Below are positions 1 to 11,838 of a stretch of 64,000 nucleotides of DNA, one piece after another. Source of the DNA: an uncultured Actinomycetota bacterium. GTDB lineage: Bacteria > Actinomycetota > Actinomycetes > JAHEKZ01. The notes below the pieces were generated by a model. That model made no database searches, was not told where the DNA came from, and saw only the letters and a program-made list of their open reading frames with translations. The stretch spans positions 640,001 to 704,000 of the forward strand of contig CAVURN010000002.1 of NCBI GenBank assembly GCA_963743915.1, given 5' to 3'. Made by a program: the position numbers and the translations under genes. Positions within the stretch are counted from its first letter, which is position 1. Each line of letters begins with the position of its first letter.

Positions 1-2
1 CG

Positions 3-1055
3 TCCGGTCGCATCCCCCAGATCTCCGTCGTGCTCGGGGCAGCGGCCGGCGGTGCCGCCTACGGCCCCGCACTCACCGACATCGTGATCCTTGGTCCCAA
101 CGGACGCGTCTTCGTCACCGGGCCCGATGTCGTCCGCTCCGTCACCGGCGAGGACGTCGACATGGCGCGCCTCGGAGGCGCGGAGCCCCATGCGCGTCGC
201 AGCGGTGTCGTGCACATCGCCACCGAGACCGACGAGGACGCCCTGGCCAAGGCTCGGGCGCTCACCTCGCTGCTCGGCGCCCAGGGTGAGCTCGAGGCCA
301 GCACGCCGGTCGTCGACGTCGACCTCTCCGAGCACCTGCCGGAGTCGGCCAAGCGCGCCTACGACGTCCACCCTCTCGTCGACCACCTGCTCGACGAGGG
401 CTCTGCCGTCGAGCTGCACGAGCGCTGGGCTCCCAACATCGTCACCACGCTCGGACGGCTCGGAGGACGGACCGTCGGCGTCATCGCCAACAACCCCCTG
501 CGGCTCGGGGGCTGCCTCGACTCCCCCTCCGCCGAGAAGGCCGCGCGTTTCGTGCGGATGTGTGACGCGTTCGGCGTGCCCCTCGTCGTCGTGGTCGACG
601 TACCGGGCTACCTGCCCGGGGTGGGTCAGGAGTGGGAAGGCGTCGTCCGGCGTGGCGCCAAGCTGCTGCACGCCTTCGCCGAGGCCGTCGTCCCACGTGT
701 CACGGTGGTCACGCGCAAGGCCTACGGCGGTGCGTACATCGCCATGAACGCCCGCGCTCTCGGCGCAACCCGGGTGTTCGCCTGGCCCTCAGCCACCGTG
801 GCGGTCATGGGCTCGATCGCAGCGGTCCGCATCCTGCACCGACGCCGGCTCGCCGAGCTGCCCGAGGACATTCGCGCCGAGGTCGAGCAGGAGCTCGCCG
901 ACGAGCACGAGCTCATCGCCGGCGGCATTGAGAAGGCGAAGGCGCTCGGTGTCGTCGACGAGGTCATCGAGCCCTCGGCGACACGCTCGGCGCTGGCCGC
1001 CGCCATCGTCGCCGCCGCGCCGCTCCGCGGCCGCCACGGCAACATCCCCCTCTGA
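3..1055 (+). CDS. accD: Acyl-CoA carboxylase carboxyltransferase beta subunit (5' end outside window)
   Basis: SGRIPQISVVLG-AAGGAAY, VDVPGYLPG..QEWEG, RKAYGGAY motifs; C-terminal RGRHGNIPL; frame open from position 3. Confidence 0.93.
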   Translation, partial: SGRIPQISVVLGAAAGGAAYGPALTDIVILGPNGRVFVTGPDVVRSVTGEDVDMARLGGAEPHARRSGVVHIATETDEDALAKARALTSLLGAQGELEASTPVVDVDLSEHLPESAKRAYDVHPLVDHLLDEGSAVELHERWAPNIVTTLGRLGGRTVGVIANNPLRLGGCLDSPSAEKAARFVRMCDAFGVPLVVVVDVPGYLPGVGQEWEGVVRRGAKLLHAFAEAVVPRVTVVTRKAYGGAYIAMNARALGATRVFAWPSATVAVMGSIAAVRILHRRRLAELPEDIRAEVEQELADEHELIAGGIEKAKALGVVDEVIEPSATRSALAAAIVAAAPLRGRHGNIPL

Positions 1056-1112
1056 CTGAGCGATCATTCAGAAACGCCGCGGGGGTGGGCGTCTCACCCG
1101 TACCGTCCTCGC

Positions 1113-3141
1113 ATGAACCGCAAGAGAGAAGCCTTCCCGCGAGGGGGACGAGCGCTCGGTGCGGCACTGATCATCGGCGTGATGACGGTGTCGCTGGCCG
1201 CGACGGCCTTGAGCACGTCCGCCACCGCCTCCCCCGCCCCACCCTCGGGTGTTCCCGCAGGGCTGGAGAAGTGCACCCAGGCGCTCGCTGCCTGGTGCGG
1301 CGAGCTCGAGGTGCCGCTGGACCGCACGGGACGCACGCCCGGCACGACCACGGTCCGCTTCCAGTACTACCCGGCAACGGGAAGGACCGTGCCGGTGGGA
1401 ACGGTCGTGGCGCACGAGGGTGGTCCGGGATACGCGACCACGGACAGTGCCTCGTCGTTCCTGGAGCTGCTCGAGCCGTTGCGCACTGACCGCGCCATCC
1501 TGCTGGTGGACGCACGCGGGACCGGCTGGAGCGATCCCCTCGACTGTCCCGAGGCGCAGGCCTACTCCGGTGACTGGGTGGAGAACGCCACGCATCTGCG
1601 GTCAACGACTCGGACCGTCCAGCGACCTGTACACCACGGCGAACGCTGCCGCCGACATGGCCGACGTGCTCGCCTTCCTCGGCATCGGCAAGGTGGACCT
1701 CTACGGCGACAGCTACGGGTCCTTCTTCGCGCAGACCTTCACCGCGCGCTACCCCCAGCTGGTCCGCAGCGCGGTCTTCGACGGCACCTACCCGATCGAG
1801 GGGCTCGACCCCTGGTACGCGACGACGGCGGACCGCCTGCGCGAGAACCTGCAGCTCCTCTGTGCCCGCGCCTCCACCTGCCCGGTCGAGTCCGACGAGA
1901 TGGTCGGTCTGCTGGCCGAGGCTGTCCGCGCCGTGCGGGATCGGCCGGTCACCACCACGGCGCCGGACGCCTACGGCTACGACGTCCGCGTCACGCTCAC
2001 GCCCCGACGCATCCTCGACACGTTGCTCTACAGCGACACCACCCCGGGCTACGTCCGCGCGATCCCCGCCGCGCTCGTGGCGTTCGTCAACGACAACCCC
2101 CTGCCGCTCGCCAGGATGGTTGCCGAGGTCGAGGGTGCCAGCACCGATGCTTCACCCGGCAAGATGGCGATCCCGCGTCCCAACGACGAGCTGCGGAGCT
2201 TCTCCGAGGGCGCCTATCTGGCCTATGCCTGCTCGGACTACCCGCAGCTCTGGGACAAGTCCGCCGGACGCGCCGCGCGGGAACGCCAGTTCAGCAGTGC
2301 AGTAGCTGCACTGAACCCAGCCGTGTCACGTCCCTGGACCCCGCAGGAGTGGGCGTCGTCGGACTTCTTCGTCTACGACTACTGCATCGGCTGGCCGAAG
2401 CCGACGGTGGCCGAACCGCCCTTCCCCGGCGGGCGCTACCCCGACGTCCCGGTCCTCGTACTCAACGGTGACCTGGACCTGCGGACCGACGTGTACCAGG
2501 CGCGTGAGGTGGCACAGAACTTCCCGCGCTCCACCTACGTCGAGATCCCGCACGCCGGTCATGTCACGGCCATCTTCGATCCCGACGCCTGTGCCGCGGC
2601 CATCACCCGTCGCTTCATCCGCACGCTGGATGCCGGCGACACCTCGTGCACGGACGACATCCCCGAGCACCGGGTCGTCCAGCGCTTCGCCCCGAAGGCG
2701 GCGGGTGTCCCTCAGGCGGCCGTGGCGGGACCCGCCGACAGGTCAACCGCTCGGGACCGCCGGGCGGCGTACGTCGCAGTCGAGAGCGTCGCGGACGTCG
2801 TCGACCGCTGGTACGCCATCCCCGGTTACACGGGGAGCGGCCTCTACGGCGGCAAGTTCTCGATGTACTCCACCGCTGGGAACCCGTTCACCAACCGGGT
2901 GTGGTCACTCAGCCTCAACCACCTGAAGTGGGTCCGCGACATCCAAGTCACCGGGACCGGCACGATGCAGCGCGGCGACGGTCCGGCGCGGATGGATCTG
3001 ACGATCCGTGGCCCGGGGACCGACAACGGCGCGCTGACGCTGACCTGGCGCACCCGGCAGCCGGACGCACAGGTGCACATCACCGGCAAGGTCGGCGGAC
3101 GTACCGTCGACCTCTCGGCACCCGCCCCGAGCTACTACTAG
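1113..3141 (+). CDS. Secreted alpha/beta hydrolase (TAP/tripeptidyl-peptidase-like, S33), frameshift near 1590
   Basis: Signal peptide, HEGGPG, DARGTG in ORF 1113; nucleophile GDSYG, NGDLD, AGH in ORF 1249-3141. Confidence 0.82.
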
Positions 3142-3168
3142 CGCACGGTGCCGGTGCTGGACGCGCGA

Positions 3169-3198
3169 AGGCCCCTCCCGCCGCAGCGGAAGGGGCCT
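3169..3198. terminator. GC-rich hairpin between convergent genes
   Basis: aggcccctcccgc-cgca-gcggaaggggcct, 13-bp stem with one mismatch, 27 nt after the stop. Confidence 0.65.
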
Positions 3199-3257
3199 CG
3201 TCGCGACCGGACAGGGAAGGGGACTCGTCCGGTCACACCGCTCCAGGCGTCGATCGG

Positions 3258-3764
3258 CTAGATCACCTGGTGCAGCCAACGGACCGGTGCGCCGTCACCG
3301 GCGTACCGAAAGGTCTCGAGCTCGTCGTCCCACGGGCGCCCGAGCAGCTGGTCGAGCGCGTCGGGCAACGACCCCTTGCCCGCATCGGCGTCGAGCATCG
3401 CGAGCCGGATGCGGTCCTCGGGCACCAGGATGTCTCCGTGCAGTCCCATCACCGCGTGGAAGATGCCCAGCGTCGGGGTGTACATGTACCGCTCACCCTC
3501 GAAGCCCGGCGAGGCCTCCTCGGTGATCTCGTACCGCACGTGCTCCCACCCCCGCATCGCTGAGGCGAGCGTGGAGGCGGTGCCCGGCGTCCCCTGCCAC
3601 GACAGCTCGGCGCGGTAGCTGGCGGTCTGCGCCGGTTGCGGCGTCCACTCGAGGCTGACCTGCCCGCCGAGGACACCGGCGATGGCCCACTCGATGTGCG
3701 GGCACAGCGCAGCAGGCGCGGAGTGGACGAACACCACGCCGCGCGTCGTCGGAGAAAGCGACAT
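3258..3764 (-). CDS. DUF3145 family actinobacterial protein
   Basis: TRGVVFVHSAPAALCPHIEWA ... WDDELETFRYAGDGAPVRWLHQV; AAGGAGG RBS before ATG 3764; usual position near the fab/accD locus. Confidence 0.9.
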   Translation of the reverse strand: MSLSPTTRGVVFVHSAPAALCPHIEWAIAGVLGGQVSLEWTPQPAQTASYRAELSWQGTPGTASTLASAMRGWEHVRYEITEEASPGFEGERYMYTPTLGIFHAVMGLHGDILVPEDRIRLAMLDADAGKGSLPDALDQLLGRPWDDELETFRYAGDGAPVRWLHQVI

Positions 3765-3777
3765 CCCGGCCTCCTTC

Positions 3778-3806
3778 GTGAGGGTCGCCTTCCCCAGCTC
3801 CCTCAC
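3778..3806 (-). promoter_or_regulatory. Stem-loop directly upstream of the DUF3145 RBS (candidate cis-regulatory RNA element)
   Basis: mRNA strand GTGAGGG-AGCTGGGGAAGGCGA-CCCTCAC followed immediately by GAAGGAGG. Confidence 0.45.
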
Positions 3807-3915
3807 CGGTGGACTGCCGGTCCTCGCATTCTGCCCCACGAGCCGGTCGCGGGCCACCACCGACGCCCCCGGAGTGGCGCCGGTTACCCGCTGGTAGCCC
3901 GCCGCCGGTGGACGG

Positions 3916-4402
3916 CTACGAGAGCCAGACGCCGACGGCCCAGACGATGACGATCGCGACCCCCGCCAGACCCTGCACCACTGTGCCGACGCCGTAGCCC
4001 TGAAGCGCCGCCCAGGTGGTGTCCCAGGCGACGCGGGGGTCCTTCAGCCGGAGCAGCTCGGCCAGCCAGATCGCGCCGATCGCGCCCACGACCAGGCCCA
4101 GCACCGGGATCGTGAAGAAGCCGACGATCGCGCCGACCATGCCGACGAGGAGGACCCAGGCAGGGCGCACCGGCGCCGGACGCCCGCTTGCTGGTCATCG
4201 CCAGCCCGGCCACCGTGCCGACCGCCGCCAGGACCGTCACGACGGCGAACGTCGTCCACCGCCAGGTCCCGCCGCCGTCCAGCAGCGCCCAGACGCCGAC
4301 CGCCGCCCACATCAGCGCCAGCCCCGGCAGCACCGGGACCACCAGGCCCACGAGCCCCACGACCAGCACCGCGGCGACGAGGATCTCCAGCCAGGGCGTC
4401 AC
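3916..4402 (-). CDS. DUF456 family membrane protein, frameshift near 4160
   Basis: GLVGLVVPVLPG N-terminus; GAIVGFFTIPVLGLVVG C-terminus in a second frame. Confidence 0.8.
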
Positions 4403-4465
4403 CGCCCGATCGTCCCACGCACCCACCGGGATGTGCGCTACGCCGAAAGGGCGCAGACTGGATCC

Positions 4466-6013
4466 GTGTCACCCACCGAAGAAGCAGACGCCCCCGTGAA
4501 GCGACGTGTGCTAGTGACTGGTGCGACCGGCTACATCGGCGGACGGCTGGTGCCCGCGCTGCTCGACGGCGGGCTACCGGTGCGCGCGCTGGCCCGCTCG
4601 CCCGAACGGCTGCGCGACATGCCGTGGGCCGACCAGATCGAGATCGTCCGCGGCGACGCGTCCGTCCCTGCGGACCTCGACCGCGCGATGGCCGACGTGG
4701 ACGTCGCCTACTACCTGCTGCACTCGCTCGTCGAGGGCGAGGGGTTCGAGGACACCGAGTCGGCGATGGCCACCACCTTCGGTGACGCCGCGCGTCGCGC
4801 CGACGTCCGTCGCATCGTCTACCTCGGCGGGCTGGTGCCGGCCGGCAGCCGTCCAGCAGCCTCTCGCCGCACCTGCGCTCGCGGGTGAGGGTCGGCGAGA
4901 TCCTCCGCGAGTCCGGCGTGCCCACGGCCGAGCTGCGGGCCGCCGTCATCATCGGCTCCGGATCAGCCTCGTTCGAGATGCTCCGCTACCTGACCGAGCG
5001 GCTGCCCGCCATGGTCACGCCGCGGTGGGTGCACAACCGCATCCAGCCGATCGCCATCCGCGACGTGCTGCGCTACCTCGTGGCGTCCGCCGAGCTGCCG
5101 GATGACGTCAGCCGCGCGTTCGACATCGGCGGACCGGACGTGCTGACCTACCGCGACATGATGCAGCGCTACGCGCAGGTGGCCGAGCTGTCGCGTCGCA
5201 TCATCGTGCCGGTGCCGGTGCTGTCGCCGACGCTGTCGAGCCACTGGGTGGGCCTCGTCACTCCCGTGCCCAGCTCCATCGCGCGCCCGTTGGTGGAGTC
5301 GTTGCGGCACGAGGTGTTCTGCCACGAACACGACATCGCCGACTACGTTCCAGATCCCGACGGCGGACTGGTCGGCTTCGACCGCGCCGTCGAGCTGGCG
5401 CTGCGTCGCATCAAGGACGCCGACGTCGTGACCCGCTGGTCGAACGCCTCGGTCCGCGGTGCACCGAGCGACCCCTTGCCGAGCGACCCTGACTGGGCCG
5501 GTGGCTCGCTCTACACCGACGAGCGCGAGCGCGAGACGACGGCCTCCCCCGAGGCGCTGTGGCAGGTGATCGAGGGCATCGGCGGACGAGCGCGGGTGGT
5601 ACTCGTTCCCGCTCGCCTGGGGGGTGCGTGGGCTGCTCGACCGGACCGTCGGCGGGGTGGGCCTGCGCCGAGGACGGCGCGACCCGGACCGGTTGATGGT
5701 CGGCGAGTCGCTCGACTTCTGGCGGGTCGAGGAGCGGCTGCCCGGTGAGCTGCTGCGGCTGCGCGCCGAGATGCGGGTGCCGGGGCTCGCCTGGCTCGAG
5801 CTCGCGATCGAGCGCGACCCGACCACGTACCGGCAGCGGGCCATCTTCCACCCGCGTGGACTGTGGGGGCACGCCTACTGGTGGATGGTGTCGCCCTTCC
5901 ACGGCATCGTCTTCGGCTCGATGGTGCGCAACATCGTCGCAGCCGCCGAGGCACTGGACGCCGACCCTGAGATGCCGGTGCGTCAGCCGAGCACGTCCGC
6001 CCAGGTCGGGTAG
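4466..6013 (+). CDS. Atypical SDR NAD(P)-binding oxidoreductase with C-terminal DUF2867 (YbjT-like), frameshifts near 4850 and 5590
   Basis: VLVTGATGYIGG, LRAAVIIGSGSASFEM, GESLDFWRVE..LRLRAEMRVPGLAWL, FHGIVF across three frames. Confidence 0.85.
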
Positions 6014-7409
6014 CCGGGCGCGACGCGAGGCCAGGGGTGGGCCTGCTCCCACCGCGGCGCCAGGTCGAGCAGCATCCCGTCGCGGTACCGCGGGCCGACC
6101 ACCTGCAGCCCGAACGGGACGCCGATCAAGGTGATCCCGGCCGGCAGCGAGAGCGTCGGGATGACCGCTGATGTTGGTGAACGGGGTGTTGAACACCTCC
6201 GGCGGCAGCATCCCGGGCTCGTCCGTCGGCGACATCCGTCCGTCGGCGAGCCATCCTGCGGCCGCGTTGACGGGGCTGAGCAGCACGCCGTCGTCACCGA
6301 GGACGGTGTCCATGGCGCGCACCAGGTCGAACCGGCGACGACGCGCGGCGAGGTAGCCGTCCAGCGTGATGCCCAGACCCCACTCCATGAAGCCGCGGGC
6401 CGCCGGGTGCATGCGGTCGAGGTGCTCCTCGACCCAGGGTCGCCCGAAGCGTGCGACGTGCTCGACGGTGGCCACTGTGAACCAGTCGTCGTCGACGTCG
6501 ATGCCTCCGCAGAGGTCGTCAGCCGTGATCGTCTGCACCTCGACGCCCACGAGGTCAGCCATCTGCCCCACCGCTCGCTCGAAGGGCTCGCGGACGTCGT
6601 CCGGCAGCGCCAGACCCGGAGGCGAAACGGTCGACCCGGACCACTCGCCGCACCGCTCGGGGCGCGGCACTCTCGCGCAGCTGGTCCGCCGGCAGGGAGA
6701 CCGGGTCGCCGGCGACAGCACCCACCTCGACCTGCCAGAGCAGGGCGAGGTCGGCAGCGGAGGTGGCGAGCGGACCTTCGGTGGACATGTCGATCCAGTC
6801 CGGTGCCGGCCAGCGCCCGATGAGTCCGTGCGTGGGTTTGATACCGGCCAGCCCGCAGAAGCCCGCAGGGATGCGGATCGAGCCACCCCCGTCGGTCGCC
6901 GTCGCGATCGGCACCATCCCCGCCGCCACGGCTGCGCCACTGCCTCCGCTGGAGCCGCCCGGTGAGTGGTCCAGGCTCCACGGGTTCCGCGTGACCCCGA
7001 AGACCAGGTTGTCGGTGTAGCCCTCGGTGGCGAACTCCGGCAGGTTCGACTTGCCGACGATCACGGCACCCGCGTCGGTCAGACGCCGCGGGACCGTTCC
7101 GTGGGCGCTCGCCGGCGCCGCGTCCGCGAACAGCGCGGACCCCATGGTGGTCACCATCCCGGCGACGTCCTCGAGGTCCTTGACGAGCACCGGGACGCCC
7201 GCGAGCGGTCCCGGATCACGTCCCGCCGCCACCGCGGCGTCCACCCCGGCAGCGGCCTGGCGTGCCTCGTCGTCGCACCGCGCGACCACTGCGTTGAGCG
7301 CACCGTCGTGCGCGTCGACGCGGCGCAACGCCTCATCGACGAGGTCGACGGCGCGCACCTTGCCTGAGCGGACAGCAGCGGCCAGCGAGGCGATGTCTCC
7401 GGGTGCCAT
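5983..7409 (-). CDS. Amidase signature family protein, frameshifts near 6650 and 6160
   Basis: GVPVLVKD, GKSNLPEF, GGSSGGSG, TDGGGSIRIPA; C-terminal PTLSLPAG..GVPFGLQVVG. Confidence 0.88.
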
Positions 7410-7478
7410 GGCACAGCACCGTAGGCCACACCAGCGCACCGTTCGAGCCGAGTGTCCCCCAGGGGCACTCGGCGGGCC

Positions 7479-8912
7479 TTAGGTGTTGCGCCCGCCCATC
7501 GCCTGCATCAGCACCTGCTGCCACTGACGCAGGTGGATGTCGGGGAGGAACTCCTCGACCGCGCGCTCGTGTCCGGCCTGGCCCAGCCGACGAGCCTGCT
7601 CGGGGTCGTCCAACAGCTCGCGGACGATGGCGCCGAACTCGGCCAGGTCGGTGGGGTCCTTGACCAGTCGTCCGTTCACCCCGTCGGTGATCTGGTCAGT
7701 GATGCCGCCGACCGCGGAGGCCACGACCGGCGTGCCCTTGTACAGCGCCTCGGTCACGGTGAGACCGAATCCCTCGGCCAGACTCTTCTGCACCACCACG
7801 TCGGCATGTCGTTGCAGGGCGTTGACGATGGCGGCGTTCTCTTCGACATCGATGAGCGGCAGGCAGACCAGCTGCACGCGGCTGCGCGCTGCGTGCGGCA
7901 GCGCGCGCCAGAGCTCGGTGACCTCCTCGAGCACCTGCGCCGCCTCCGGGTCGTCAGCGACTGCCGTGACGACCGGGCCTGCGAGCACCAGGTGCGCGTC
8001 CGTCCCGTCGAGGACGTGCTCGACGAACCCGTGCATGACACCGCGCATGTCCTTCAGCGGGTCCCACCGCGAGATCTGGACCACCAGCTGCGCCGATGCC
8101 GACGGCGCCGGCCCGGTGCGGGTGATGTCGGCGTAGTGGCGGATCCGACCGGGCGAGCCGTCCTGCCGCATGAAGGTCACGGGCTCGACCACGGGTGAGT
8201 CCAGAAGCCCGACGTGCGCCAGTGCGTGGACGACCGTGCTGTCGTCCATCGGTTGGTTCTTGGGCGCGAGCGGGTCGATCGACGGCTTGATGACGTGCAG
8301 CCGGTCCCGCGGGATCCACGAGGGTGCGTACTGCTCACGCGTGAACACGTACGCATCGACATAGGGCTCGAGGTAGGGCCTGAGGAAGGTCCACGCCTCC
8401 TCGGTGAACTCGTTCGATCCGTCGATGCCGATGTGGCACCGCCACACGACCGGCAGCCCCCATGACTTCAGCGCGGCCGCCAGGCCGGCGGGCTGAGGGT
8501 CGTGGACGATCACCGCATCTCCGGGGAACACCGTCGCCGCCAGCATCTCGGCGTTGCGCCGCATCACCTCGTCGTAGTGGTCGTGCTCGGCACCGCCCAG
8601 CGAGCCGTCGTCGCCAGGACGACCGTGGATCCGGTGGTGCAGGCGCTTGGTGATCGCGAAGAACTCCGGGTCACCTTCGACGACGAGCCATCGGGCGTCG
8701 ACGCCCGCGCCGCGGGTGAAGGGCAGGAGCACCTGCAGCATCTCGGCGACGCCGCCACCGGTGGCGGTCGAGTTGATGTTGACCACCGAGTGACCTGCCA
8801 GCTGCTCGCGCATCTGCGGTGCGACGTCCTCGAGCAGGGAACGGAGCCGCTCGAGCGGCACGACGGCCCCCAGCTCGGACGGCGAGCGGGCCGGAAAGCG
8901 GACTTCGTGCAT
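7479..8912 (-). CDS. treT: GT4 glycosyltransferase, trehalose synthase TreT-like
   Basis: VNINSTATGGGVAEML, VHDPQPAGL, WRCHI, QISRWDPLKD, QKSLAEGFGLTVTEA; GAGGAGG RBS. Confidence 0.8.
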   Translation of the reverse strand: MHEVRFPARSPSELGAVVPLERLRSLLEDVAPQMREQLAGHSVVNINSTATGGGVAEMLQVLLPFTRGAGVDARWLVVEGDPEFFAITKRLHHRIHGRPGDDGSLGGAEHDHYDEVMRRNAEMLAATVFPGDAVIVHDPQPAGLAAALKSWGLPVVWRCHIGIDGSNEFTEEAWTFLRPYLEPYVDAYVFTREQYAPSWIPRDRLHVIKPSIDPLAPKNQPMDDSTVVHALAHVGLLDSPVVEPVTFMRQDGSPGRIRHYADITRTGPAPSASAQLVVQISRWDPLKDMRGVMHGFVEHVLDGTDAHLVLAGPVVTAVADDPEAAQVLEEVTELWRALPHAARSRVQLVCLPLIDVEENAAIVNALQRHADVVVQKSLAEGFGLTVTEALYKGTPVVASAVGGITDQITDGVNGRLVKDPTDLAEFGAIVRELLDDPEQARRLGQAGHERAVEEFLPDIHLRQWQQVLMQAMGGRNT

Positions 8913-8980
8913 CGATGCCTCCTCGGCGTGCCAGCAACCCCCACAGGCTATGCGCCCCGCAGCGGGGGACGCGATCGAGG

Positions 8981-9756
8981 TCACGCCAGCAGCGCCGCCA
9001 CCTGGGTCGCGGCGGCGACCGCCAACGGACCCAGCGCATCGAGCCGCTCGGCCGGAATCCGGCGCTCCGGGCCCCAGACGTTGACGACCGCGATCGGACG
9101 CCGTCGCGCGTCGAGGACTGCGGCCGAGACACCGTTGGTGAGCGCCGCGTCCTCGCCCAGGCAGCGCGCGTAGCCGAGCCGCCGCGCTTCGGCCAGCTCG
9201 GTCTCCAGCGCTGGCCCGGTCGATGATCGTGTTCTCGGTGAAGGGCTCGAGCGTCGGGGGCAGCGCACCGTCGCGCTCGGCGTCGGACAGCCACGCCAGG
9301 AAGATCTTGCCGCTGGACGTCGAGTGCAGCGAGACCCGTTCCTCGGTCCACGGGGTGAAGGTGCCGCCGATGACCGACAGGTGGTCGACGTAGCGCAGGC
9401 TGGCGGTCTTCACGAGCGCGAGGCTGACGGTCTCGCCGGTCTGCTCCGACAGGTTCTCGAGCACCGGACGCACCCGTCGCACCACGGACGCCTCGTCGGC
9501 CGCCGCACCGAGGCGCACCGCGCCGTAGCCGACGCGGTAGCCGTGCTCGCCGGACGCCCGCTCGACCATGCCGTGGGACTCGAGGGTGGCCAGCAGCCGC
9601 CATGCGGTGCTGCGGTTGATGCCGCACCGGTCGGCGAGCTCGGCGACCGGTGGGAGGGTCCTGGCTCGCCGCGACCGCCGCCAGCAGGTCGAGGGCGCGG
9701 TCCACCGCCTGCACCGACTGGGCCGGGCCCGACCGCGGTGGAACGTGCGGACTCAA
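8981..9756 (-). CDS. IclR family transcriptional regulator (frameshifts near 9650 and 9215)
   Basis: QSVQAVDRALDLL HTH start, TGETVSL, SLHSTSSGKIFLA, RRLGYA..GVSAAV; TTG start after GGAG. Confidence 0.85.
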
Positions 9757-9770
9757 CCACCGGGAACTCC

Positions 9771-9840
9771 TTGACACCGTCGCTGAGGCGGCTTCTAGCG
9801 TTCGTCGCATCATAGTAGACGACTGTTCACATCATGCAAC
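9771..9840 (+). promoter_or_regulatory. Candidate housekeeping-type promoter and IclR operator-like imperfect palindromes for the carnitine operon
   Basis: TTGACA (9771) N19 TAGCGT (9796); CGTCGCATCATAGTAGACG and GTTCACATCATGCAAC downstream. Confidence 0.4.
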
Positions 9841-9881
9841 CAGTGACCAGTCACACCAGTCCGCCGCCCGGAGGTTCAGCC

Positions 9882-10794
9882 GTGTCGCTCCCCCTGCAGT
9901 CGTCCGCCTTCATCACCTGCGCCCTCACCGGCTCCGGTGACTCCACCGGCGTCAGCGACAAGGTGCCCGTGACGCCGGAGCAGATCGCCGACGTCGGCCC
10001 TCGAGGCGGCGGCGGCCGGCGCCGCCGTCGTGCACGTCCACGTCCGCGACCCCGAGACCGGCAAGGGCTCGCGGCGCCCGGAGCTCTTCCGCGAGATCGT
10101 CGAGCGCATCCGCGACTCCAAGGTCGACGTCGTGCTCAACCTGACCACCGGCATGGGCGGCGACCTCGTCCTCGGCGGCCCCGAGCAGCCACTGCCCCCG
10201 AACGACGCCGGCACCGACATGGCCGGCGCCACCGAGCGGCTGCAGCACGTCAAGGAGCTCATGCCCGAGATCTGCACGCTGGACGCCGGCACCATGAACT
10301 TCGCGGCCGGCGGCGACTACATCATGGTGAACACCCCGGGCATGTTCCGCGCGATGGCCAAGGGCATCCAGGACCTCGGCGTCAAGCCCGAGGTCGAGGT
10401 CTTCGACACCGGTGACCTCGTGCTGCTGAACGAGCTGGTCAAGGAAGGCCTGATCGACGACCCCTGCATGGTGCAGCTCTGCATGGGAATCCCCTACGGC
10501 GCCCCGAACGACGTCCTCGACGCTTGCAGTCGATGATCAACAACCTGCCGCCCGGCTCGGTCTACTCGATGTTCTCCATCGGCCGCTTCCAGCTGCCGTA
10601 CGCCGCGCTCGCGCCGATGGTCGGTGCCAACGTCCGCGTCGGGCTCGAGGACAACCTCTACCTGTCCAAGGGTGTGCTCGCGACCAACGGTCAGCTGGTC
10701 GACCGCGCCAAGACCCTGCTCGAGGCGATGAACGTCCGGGTGCATGGGCCCGCAGGAGGTGCGCGACAAGCTGGGCCTGGTCAAGCATGGCTGA
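9882..10794 (+). CDS. Beta-keto acid cleavage enzyme (BKACE/DUF849), 3-dehydrocarnitine cleavage type; about three frameshifts
   Basis: [54 protein letters not shown]; GGAGG RBS. Confidence 0.88.
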
Positions 10795-11838
10795 CGCCAG
10801 GACGCCGCACAGTCACCCGAGCAGCTCGGCGTCTCAGCCAGTCGGGCTGCTCGGCGGCGGCGTCATCGGCGGCGGCTGGGCAGCGCGCTTCCTCATCAAC
10901 GGCGTCGACGTCCAGCTCTTCGACCCCGACCCCGAGGCCGAGCGCAAGGTCGACGAGATGCTGGCCAACGCCACGCCGCGCGTGGCAGCGCTCACCGACG
11001 CGCCGCTGCCCGCGCAGGGCACGCTCACGCAGGGTCGACGACACCGCAGGAGGCGGCCACCGGCGTGCAGTTCGTCCAGGAGAGCGCGCCGGAGAACGAG
11101 CAGATCAAGCGCTCGCTGCTCGCCGCCGCCAGCGAGGCGGCGCCGGCCCGGACGTCGTCTTCGGCAGCTCGACGTCGGGCATCCTGCCGACGCTGCTGCA
11201 GGCGGACATGACGCACCCCGAGCGCCTGGTGGTCGGTCACCCGTTCAACCCCGTCTACCTGCTCCCGCTCGTCGAGGTGTGCCCCGGCACAGCCGACCAG
11301 CGCCGGACGCCGTCACACGCGCCGCTGACATCTACCGCGTCGCTGGGCATGAAGCCGCTGGTGCTGCAGCACGAGATCGACGGCTTCGTCGCCGACCGGC
11401 TGCTCGAGGCGCTGTGGCGCGAGGCCCTGTGGCTGGTCAACGACGGCGTCGCCACCGTCGAGCAGGTGGACGACGCGATCCGCTTCGGCGCCGGACTGCG
11501 GTGGGCGTCCATGGGAACGATGCTCACCTACCGGATCGCCGGCGGCGAAGGCGGCATGCGCCACTTCATGGCGCAGTTCGGCCCGGCCCTGCAGTGGCCG
11601 TGGAGCAAGCTCACCGACGTCCCCGAGCTCACCGACGAGCTGCTCGACCGCATCGAGCAGCAGTCCGACGCCCAGGCCGCCGGCGCCGACGTGCGCGAGC
11701 TCGAGCGGCTGCGGGACGACTGCCTGGTCGGCGTGCTGCAGGGGCTGCGTCGGCGCGACTACGCCGCCGGCGCCGTGCTCAAGGAGTACGAGCAGCAGCT
11801 GCGCCCAGCGGGGTCAGCCGGAGCTCGCCTCGTCGTGA
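10787..11838 (+). CDS. lcdH: L-carnitine 3-dehydrogenase (3-hydroxyacyl-CoA dehydrogenase family), several frameshifts; 3' end uncertain
   Basis: GGGVIGGGWAARF, FVQESAPE, SSTSG, VVGHPFNPVYLLPLVEV, EIDGFVADRLLEALWREALW, GMRHFMAQFGPAL, ELERLRDDCL. Confidence 0.85.

Noticed and set aside
1560-7409. Programmed ribosomal frameshifting as the cause of split genes
   Set aside because: Shifts occur at arbitrary positions in unrelated genes without slippery heptamers; sequencing indels are more parsimonious
7479-9569. 696-aa IclR-glycosyltransferase fusion ORF
   Set aside because: Created by a frameshift near 9215; IclR has its own C-terminus and stop at 8981, and treT has its own RBS and ATG at 8912
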